Assembly (NCBI GenBank): GCA_963719085.1
Contig: CAVRAL010000004.1
Coordinates: 1-64,000, forward strand
Length of the DNA: 64,000 nucleotides
Direction: 5' to 3'
Source of the DNA: a candidate division FCPU426 bacterium
GTDB taxonomy: Bacteria; Oederibacteriota; Muellerivitia; Muellerivitales; Muellerivitaceae
Numbering within the stretch: the first letter of the stretch is position 1; each line of letters opens with the position of its first letter. This document shows, one piece after another, positions 57,855-64,000 of this stretch. The position numbers and the translations under genes were made by a program. Under the pieces are notes generated by a model that was given only the letters and a program-made list of their open reading frames with translations, had not been told where the DNA came from and ran no database searches.

Positions 57855-58957
57855 AAGCGTCCCCGAAACGGTTAGCCCCTTCCCTGCTGAAATGGTACGA
57901 CAAGGCCAAGCGGGATCTGCCTTGGCGTCACACAAGCGACCCCTACGCCATTTTCGTGTCCGAAATGATGCTTCAACAAACCCAAGTCAAAACCGTCATT
58001 CCCTATTACGGCCGCTTCCTCAAAGCCTTTCCCAATTGGAGGTCGCTGGCCAAAGCCGCCCCCGATAAGGTTTTAAAACTTTGGGAAGGCCTGGGCTATT
58101 ACCGAAGGGCGCGCAACCTGCAAGCCGCGGCCCAAATGATCGTGAAAGACTTCCAAGGAAAACTTCCGGATAGTTTGGACGAGATTTTAAAATTGCCCGG
58201 CGTGGGCCGCTATAGCGCGGGCGCCGTGCTTTCCATCGCTTATGGCAAGCCCCTGCCTTTGGTGGACGGCAACGTAATCCGGGTCTTCGCCAGGATTTTT
58301 CTGTTGAAGGGAAACCTAAAGGCTGGCGAGGGCCACCAAAAGGTTTGGCGCCTGGCGGAAGAACAGGTTCCGTCCCAGCGGCCCGGTGATTTTAACCAAG
58401 CCTTGATGGAACTGGGGGCCACCGTCTGCCTTTCGGATAACCCGCTTTGCCTTTTGTGTCCCATGATCTCCCTCTGCGAGGCCTCGCAAAAAGGGCTGCA
58501 AGCCGAATTGCCTGAAAAACTTGAGGCCGATGCCACCGTCGATATTCCCATGATCGGCCTGCTTTTAGAGGACCGGGGAAAGGTTTTGATCAAAAAAAGA
58601 TCCGAGGAAGAAAAATGGCTCAAGGGCATGTGGGAATTTCCGAGCGCCGAGGGTAAAAATTTCGAGGAAGCCCAAAAGAAATTGGAAAAAGAACTCAAGG
58701 CCGCCGTCACACTGACCCTTTTAAAAGAAGTGCGACACCAAATCACCCATCATAAAATTAAGCTTCGTTTTTTCCCGGCCAGGCGCAAATCGTCCAAACC
58801 CTTGGGCCCGGCCTACAAATGGGTCACCCGGACCGAGTTATTAAAATATCCTTTTGCCAGCGCCCAAAACCAGTTACGGGACTGGGTCTTAAAAAACAGC
58901 CCGCCCGAAATAAAAAAAGCGCCCAAAACCAAATCCATCCGGTTTAAGTTGGAATAG
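57851..58957 (+). CDS. mutY: A/G-specific adenine glycosylase
   Basis: RDLPWR, SEMMLQQTQV, WEGLGYY, LPGVGRY, DGNV, CX6CX2CX5C. Confidence 0.96.
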   Translation: MKASPKRLAPSLLKWYDKAKRDLPWRHTSDPYAIFVSEMMLQQTQVKTVIPYYGRFLKAFPNWRSLAKAAPDKVLKLWEGLGYYRRARNLQAAAQMIVKDFQGKLPDSLDEILKLPGVGRYSAGAVLSIAYGKPLPLVDGNVIRVFARIFLLKGNLKAGEGHQKVWRLAEEQVPSQRPGDFNQALMELGATVCLSDNPLCLLCPMISLCEASQKGLQAELPEKLEADATVDIPMIGLLLEDRGKVLIKKRSEEEKWLKGMWEFPSAEGKNFEEAQKKLEKELKAAVTLTLLKEVRHQITHHKIKLRFFPARRKSSKPLGPAYKWVTRTELLKYPFASAQNQLRDWVLKNSPPEIKKAPKTKSIRFKLE

Positions 58958-58961
58958 ACGC

Positions 58962-59273
58962 GTGAAATCGCCAAAAGCGCTTCTGGGCATTCTTTTGTTC
59001 TCATTGTTTTTTCACGCTCCGCTTTTCGCTCAGGCTCCATCCTCCGGTGTTCCCCTGTCGCCAACGCCATTTGTTCATGTCCCCTTGGCACAGGCTGAAG
59101 AGGATTACTATCAAAACTCAAACCTTACCAACCATCATCCCCTGCCGCTGGCCGCTTTAGTCTTGATGGGCCTGGCTTGGGGTGGATTTTCCCTGTTTTT
59201 ATTCGCTAAAATCATCCGGTCCAAACCAAGGTCTTCCGATTCAAAAGGAGTCACCAATGAAGAAAAAGACTAA
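58962..59273 (+). CDS. Small hypothetical membrane protein
   Basis: Signal peptide plus C-terminal TM; fills the mutY-rpiB gap. Confidence 0.5.
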   Translation: MKSPKALLGILLFSLFFHAPLFAQAPSSGVPLSPTPFVHVPLAQAEEDYYQNSNLTNHHPLPLAALVLMGLAWGGFSLFLFAKIIRSKPRSSDSKGVTNEEKD

Positions 59274-59742
59274 ACCCCCAAAAACAGTCAAAAAACCCGC
59301 GGTGATCGGCATCGCCGCGGACCATGGCGGATTTGAGTTGAAAATAAAAATAACCGAGTTGCTCAAATCCGCCGGCTACAAGCTGGTCGATTTTGGCGCT
59401 TATACCTTGGAGCCGGGAGATGATTTCCCCGATTTTGTGGTTCCCCTGGCCCGGGCCGTGGCGATGGGCAAAGTTTCCAAAGGACTGGCTCTTTGCGGGA
59501 GCGGCGTGGGCGCCTGCGTGGCGGCCAATAAGGTGCGGGGCGCGCGGGCGGCCTTGATTACCGACCCCTTTTCCGCCCATCAAGGCGTTGAGGATGACAA
59601 TATGAACATCATTTGCCTGGGAGGCCGGGTGACCGGTTACGCGCTTTCCTGGGAGCTCACTCAAATTTTCTTAAAGGCCCAGTACAAAGGCGGAGAGCGG
59701 TTTAAACGCCGTTTGGCCAAAATCGCGGTTTTGGAAAAGTAG
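59257..59742 (+). CDS. rpiB: Ribose-5-phosphate isomerase B
   Basis: ADHGG, CGSGVG, ANKVRG; AGGAG SD before ATG 59257. Confidence 0.9.
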   Translation: MKKKTKPPKTVKKPAVIGIAADHGGFELKIKITELLKSAGYKLVDFGAYTLEPGDDFPDFVVPLARAVAMGKVSKGLALCGSGVGACVAANKVRGARAALITDPFSAHQGVEDDNMNIICLGGRVTGYALSWELTQIFLKAQYKGGERFKRRLAKIAVLEK

Positions 59743-59749
59743 GCTTAAA

Positions 59750-60094
59750 TTAAAAACCCAAAAAAACAACGCCGCAAACCAATAGATTTAAAAATAAAAA
59801 AGTAAGACACAAAACCGATAAAAAAAGAACGTTAATCTTGGCGTGATTTTCAGGCTTGGTCCAGGGACGAATTATGAAAAACAAGGCCACCACCCCTAGG
59901 CAAACCAACTTTGATCCCATAAAATTTGAAATTTCCGAGAACACGGACAAAAGGAAAGAAGGTGCGGCGTCCTCGGCATGAAGCCGGGTCTGGACGCAAG
60001 GAATAATTTTCAGTTCAATAAAGCTAAAACTTATTAGCAACAAGGCGCAAATGACAATCAGGATTTTCCGTGGCGGCACCCCAGTGTTTTTCAT
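59750..60094 (-). CDS. Small hypothetical membrane protein
   Basis: Three hydrophobic segments, AT-rich ORF. Confidence 0.5.
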   Translation of the reverse strand: MKNTGVPPRKILIVICALLLISFSFIELKIIPCVQTRLHAEDAAPSFLLSVFSEISNFMGSKLVCLGVVALFFIIRPWTKPENHAKINVLFLSVLCLTFLFLNLLVCGVVFLGF

Positions 60095-60126
60095 TTTCGA
60101 ATGCCCTTATTAAACTATTTTAAATA

Positions 60127-60525
60127 TTAAAATTGAACTTCCGACTCACTACGTATTCGCATCACCGATTCCTGGTCGAATTTTTTCTTATAAATATCGA
60201 TGATGGCTTGAATCGCTTTATCTTCGGCGAGGCTATCTGGGTGAATCAGCAAAAGTACCTTGGCGGGTTCTTTGCTTATTTTCCCTTTTGGGTTCTTCCA
60301 TTGGCCCTTGGCGTCCCAAACCGTCAGCCCATCGGGAAAACGAGGGGTTACTTCACCGCTTAAGAACTGATTCCATTCGACGTCGCTCACCCGGCCTTGG
60401 GGCTTATCCAATCCGAAATAAAGGGTATCCTCGACCAAAACCGGCTGGGATTGGACCGTGGCGCGGGGAGCGCAGGCGCAAATCAATAGCACTAAGGCTC
60501 CTGCCAAAAGCGGGACTTTTTTCAT
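60127..60525 (-). CDS. DUF3574-like lipoprotein
   Basis: Lipobox, 'LYFG', 'EVTPRFPDGLTVWDA.GQW', 'F.QESV'. Confidence 0.85.
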   Translation of the reverse strand: MKKVPLLAGALVLLICACAPRATVQSQPVLVEDTLYFGLDKPQGRVSDVEWNQFLSGEVTPRFPDGLTVWDAKGQWKNPKGKISKEPAKVLLLIHPDSLAEDKAIQAIIDIYKKKFDQESVMRIRSESEVQF

Positions 60526-61892
60526 AAAAACCGTCCCATTTCAAAGCGAAGGGCTGAAGTTAACTCGGGATAAAAAAACTCAAAACCCGCTTGGCTGAGC
60601 CGTTCTGGCGCCACTTTTTGGCCTTCCAGTAAAAGCCGCTCCCCCATCTCGCCGAATAAAAGTTTCACAACGAAAGCCGGCAATGGAAAAATCGCGGGGC
60701 GCCTCAAGACATGGCCCAGGGCCTTCGTGAAATCGTGGTTGGTCACCGCGCCCGGCGCTACCGCGTTAAAGGCTCCCGAAAGATCGTCCCGAACCAATAA
60801 AAAATAATAGATTCCGACTAAATCCTCCAGGGTAATCCAGCTCATCCATTGCGCTCCGCTCCCAATAACCCCGCCCAATCCCAACGAAAAAGGAAGCGCC
60901 ATTTGAGGCAAGGCGCCGCCCGCCAGGTTCAAGACAATCCCGGTCCTGACATGAACCACCCGGATCCCGGCGCGGCCCGCCGGTTCGGCGGCCTTCTCCC
61001 ATTCGGCGCAAACTTCCGGCAAGAACCCGATTCCTAATCGGCTTTTTTCGGTTAAGACTTCCTCACCCCGGTCGCCGTAAAAGCCGATCGCTGAAGCACC
61101 GAGTAAAACTTTCGGAGGTTTGGTCAGCGACGCCAGGTTTTCCGCGAGAAATTTGGTCGCGTCAACGCGGCTTTGGCGGATGGCGGCTTTACGCCTTGGA
61201 TTCCACCGCCCCGCGGCGATGCTTTCCCCGGCCAGATGGATAACCGCGTCAAAACCTTCCAAGGTGTCGCGGTCGATCCGCCGGTTCAAATAGTCCCATT
61301 GAATTTCCCTGGCCTTTGGCCGCGCGGGGCGCCTGACTAAACTCCAAACCTCATGGCCCGCCGTTGAAAGAAACCCCGATAAGGCCTTCCCAATCAACCC
61401 GGAAGCTCCTGTCACGAGGACCCGTTGGGGCCTTGCGGGGGAAAAAGCCAGCCGTTTGAAATCGTTCTGAAGCCTCTCGTGCCGAAAGTGAAAAAGCCGG
61501 TCCAGCCTTCGCCAGGCCCAGTTCCCCACCCAGCCTTTGTTCAGCCCCAAAGGCATTTCGTATTCCACATGGTCCTTCATCCAACAAGTTGAATTAATCT
61601 CAGGGATCACTTTATGGGTATGGACCCATCGGGCGAAGGGACCTTGAACCTGCTCGTCCACGAATTGCCGGCCTTCAATATATTCCTTATGCCGGGCCAG
61701 CCAACCGGGACGAAATGGACCCATTGCGGTTTGGAATAGCGCTTCGTCGCCATTCCGGATACCTTCGGCCTTGAGAATCGTGATTTTCTCCCAGGGCGGC
61801 GTCAGCCTCTGAAAAGCGCCGGGCCGGGTATGCCACTCAAATACTTTGGGCGCCGGAGCGGATATCCGGGATTCTCTCTCATAATTTGGCAT
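60522..61892 (-). CDS. SRPBCC plus TIGR01777 epimerase-family fusion
   Basis: 'WHTRPGAFQRLTPPW', TGASGLIG, HLAGE, ASAIGFYG, SWI. Confidence 0.9.
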   Translation of the reverse strand: MPNYERESRISAPAPKVFEWHTRPGAFQRLTPPWEKITILKAEGIRNGDEALFQTAMGPFRPGWLARHKEYIEGRQFVDEQVQGPFARWVHTHKVIPEINSTCWMKDHVEYEMPLGLNKGWVGNWAWRRLDRLFHFRHERLQNDFKRLAFSPARPQRVLVTGASGLIGKALSGFLSTAGHEVWSLVRRPARPKAREIQWDYLNRRIDRDTLEGFDAVIHLAGESIAAGRWNPRRKAAIRQSRVDATKFLAENLASLTKPPKVLLGASAIGFYGDRGEEVLTEKSRLGIGFLPEVCAEWEKAAEPAGRAGIRVVHVRTGIVLNLAGGALPQMALPFSLGLGGVIGSGAQWMSWITLEDLVGIYYFLLVRDDLSGAFNAVAPGAVTNHDFTKALGHVLRRPAIFPLPAFVVKLLFGEMGERLLLEGQKVAPERLSQAGFEFFYPELTSALRFEMGRFL

Positions 61893-61915
61893 GCCAAATC
61901 CTTAAAACTTTTTTT

Positions 61916-62001
61916 ACCGCCAAGACGCCAAGTTCGCCAAGAAAGAATTGATGGTGAATCGAAAAATCATTTGAAATTACGAACTCGGAGAACTTGGCGG
62001 T
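61916..62001. repeat. CCAAG-type palindromic repeat, copy 3
   Basis: First 29 nt identical to copy 1; right arm CTCGGAGAACTTGGCGGT. Confidence 0.85.
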
Positions 62002-62024
62002 GAAAAAATTTTTCTGTTTTACTT

Positions 62025-63038
62025 TTATGGCTTCAAAATCACTTTTCCGGTGTTTCTTCGGTCCGCCAAATAATTGTGCGCTTGGATGATCTTATCGAAC
62101 GAAAACACGCAGTCCACATGGGGGTCAATCCATCCCGCCTGAACTCCCGCCAAAAGCTCCTTCATCCATTCGGTCGCCTTTTCGGATGACGACCACATAT
62201 GGCCCAAATTCACCCCAAAAACCGATTTATTGTCGTTCATCAGCCGGATGAAATTGAACCAAGGCATTTGAAAAATCATCGGTAAAAAAGATAAGACCCC
62301 GAAAGGACCGGCTTTGACGCTGGAAACCCCGTAGGCGCCCAACCGCCCCGCCGGGGCCAGAATCCCATAGCTTTTTTTCCAGTTGGCTCCGCCGACCGGA
62401 TCCAGGATCAAGTCCACGCCTTGATTGCCGGTGGCGGCTAGTACCTCTTGGGCCCAGTCACCCGAGCGGTAATCAAAAAGTTTCTCATAACCCCGTTCCT
62501 TCAAAAAAGCGTGTTTTCCCGGGCTTGCCGTGCCATAAGCCGTCGCCCCGATATAGTGGGCGAACTCCAGCGCGGCTAAACCCACCCCGCCGCCGGCGTT
62601 ATGGACCAAAACCGTCTCGCCTTTTTTCAAACCGCCCATCACCACGATCAATTGATAAGCGGTCAAATAATTCACCGGCAGGGCGGCGGCCTGCTCAAAC
62701 GAAAGCCGGGGCGGTTTTAAAAAGACCTGGCCGATGGGAACAGTGACCTTGGTGGCCTGGCCGCCAAAACGGGTCAAGGCGATGACTTCTTTTTGCGCCC
62801 AGCCCGAATCGACCCCCGGCCCCAGACCCTCGACTACGCCGGCGACCTCATAACCCAAAACACAGGGAAATTTGGGCGCGTCGGGATAAGGACCCTGCCG
62901 GGCCAAAAGATCGGCGAAATTAAGCCCGCTGGCCACCACCCGGATTAAGACCTCCCCCGCTCGGGGCCAGGGATCCTGGGCCTCCTTCACTTCTAAAACT
63001 TCCGGACCGCCCGTCTTCGTCACCCAAATTTGTCGCAC
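62025..63038 (-). CDS. VAT-1/quinone-oxidoreductase-like medium-chain reductase
   Basis: GLNFADL, LGYEVAG, NYLTA, AGGGVG, GKVIL; GTG start after GAGG. Confidence 0.9.
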   Translation of the reverse strand: MRQIWVTKTGGPEVLEVKEAQDPWPRAGEVLIRVVASGLNFADLLARQGPYPDAPKFPCVLGYEVAGVVEGLGPGVDSGWAQKEVIALTRFGGQATKVTVPIGQVFLKPPRLSFEQAAALPVNYLTAYQLIVVMGGLKKGETVLVHNAGGGVGLAALEFAHYIGATAYGTASPGKHAFLKERGYEKLFDYRSGDWAQEVLAATGNQGVDLILDPVGGANWKKSYGILAPAGRLGAYGVSSVKAGPFGVLSFLPMIFQMPWFNFIRLMNDNKSVFGVNLGHMWSSSEKATEWMKELLAGVQAGWIDPHVDCVFSFDKIIQAHNYLADRRNTGKVILKP

Positions 63039-63091
63039 GCGAAAACCTCGTTTGTTTATTAGAACCTGTTTTAAAAGCCCCAAACAATTTT

Positions 63092-63171
63092 CACCACCAA
63101 GGCACCAAGACTCCAAGAAAACACTTATTTTCAATCAAAATTTTTTTTGCCTTCCTTGGCGTCTTGGCGGT
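63092..63171. repeat. CCAAG-type palindromic repeat, copy 4
   Basis: CACCACCAAGGCACCAAGACTCCAAG...CTTGGCGTCTTGGCGGT. Confidence 0.8.
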
Positions 63172-63199
63172 AAAAGAGGTTTTGAAATGACTTCTAAGA

Positions 63200-63739
63200 C
63201 TATTTCCTTTCCATCTCCACGACCTTTTCTAAAACCTTTAAAAAGGGTCCGTAGGTCCAATCCCCGTCATACCGAAAGCCATTCACGAAAAAGGTGGGGG
63301 TTCCATTTACGCCGCTCCGCACACCGCCTTCAAAATCCTTCTCCACCCGTTCCTCAATCGCGGAATCCGCCATGGCCTTGGCCCAGAGTTTGAAATCCAA
63401 CCCCAGTTTTTTCGCGTAGCCTTCCAAGCTTTCCGGATCAATGTTTTCCTGATTCTCGAAAATCAAATCGTGCATTTCCCAAAATTTTCCCTGTAATCCA
63501 GCGGCTTCCGCCGCCTTGGCCGCGTTAAGCGCGTCCGGGTGAACTTCGGACAAAGGAAAATCGCGGAAGGTGAATTTTAAATTGGCCCCCAAAGCTTTTT
63601 GAAGGCGCTTCACGATGGGAAAAGCCGCCCGGCAATGGGGGCATTGAAAATCGCCGTATTCCACCAAGTGTACCGGAGCCTTATCGGGCCCCAAGGAATG
63701 ATCGGCTTGAGTGACCGGATTTTTGAGTTGGGTGCTCAT
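63200..63739 (-). CDS. DsbA-family thioredoxin-fold protein
   Basis: EYGDFQCPHC, FPL, GKFWEMHD, GTPTFF. Confidence 0.92.
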   Translation of the reverse strand: MSTQLKNPVTQADHSLGPDKAPVHLVEYGDFQCPHCRAAFPIVKRLQKALGANLKFTFRDFPLSEVHPDALNAAKAAEAAGLQGKFWEMHDLIFENQENIDPESLEGYAKKLGLDFKLWAKAMADSAIEERVEKDFEGGVRSGVNGTPTFFVNGFRYDGDWTYGPFLKVLEKVVEMERK

Positions 63740-64000
63740 ACTTTCTCCTTTCGCGCCAAGACTTCCAAAGCGTCTAGAATTCCATCCGCCCCTGGATTAA
63801 TGCCCACCGGCGACAAATAACTCCACCGGATCACCCCTTCGGTATCGATCACGAAAATAGCCCTTTCACTGGTGCCTTCGGCTTCCCGGTAGGCGCCATA
63901 AAGCCGGGCCACCGCGCCTTTAGGCTCAAAATCGGCCAGCAGGGGGAATTTGTATTTCCGGTCTTTCTCAAAGGCCAAATGACACCAAATGCCGTCGACT
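63736..64000 (-). CDS. AhpC/TSA peroxiredoxin (5' end outside the window)
   Basis: 'FPLLADFEPKG', 'ERAIFVID..G.IRW'. Confidence 0.8.
   Translation of the reverse strand, partial: VDGIWCHLAFEKDRKYKFPLLADFEPKGAVARLYGAYREAEGTSERAIFVIDTEGVIRWSYLSPVGINPGADGILDALEVLARKEKV

Overview
A 64-kb stretch of bacterial chromosome, roughly 55% GC by eye, from a diderm organism (Mla, TolC, OmpA and PorV-like genes). The Thr/Pro-repeat surface proteins with FlgD-Ig-like tails suggest an FCPU426-like candidate lineage, which is an inference only. Most of the window is housekeeping: tRNA-Thr, rlmB-cysS-cysE-gltX-ispF-ispD-radA, mlaDFE-alr-dnaB-rplI-rpsR-ssb-rpsF, pfp, fbaB, aroQ, mutY, rpiB and a TolC/MacAB-type efflux operon. 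A surface/glycosylation block (about 26.5-46.7 kb) holds GT-C enzymes, a cytochrome-porin fusion, a PorV-FlgD-OmpA-TPR fusion and T9SS-like cargo. The main accessory element is a 2.9-kb AT-rich IS1-family-like cargo transposon (48520-51426) with perfect 20-bp terminal inverted repeats and an 8-bp target duplication. It carries a transposase with a nonsense codon, a small basic protein whose promoter shares an operator with the transposase promoter, a structured intergenic RNA, a wHTH gene and a DUF3800 RNase-H-like gene. The DUF3800 gene is faced by a putative ~80-nt ncRNA with its own promoter, two identical 25-nt hairpin cores and a terminator. This protein+RNA module is the best candidate for an undescribed toxin-antitoxin or defence system. 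Other oddities are a low-GC 3' part of dnaB, a family of CCAAG palindromic intergenic repeats and a catalytically degenerate adenylate cyclase. All protein calls come from motif recognition by eye; no database searches were run.
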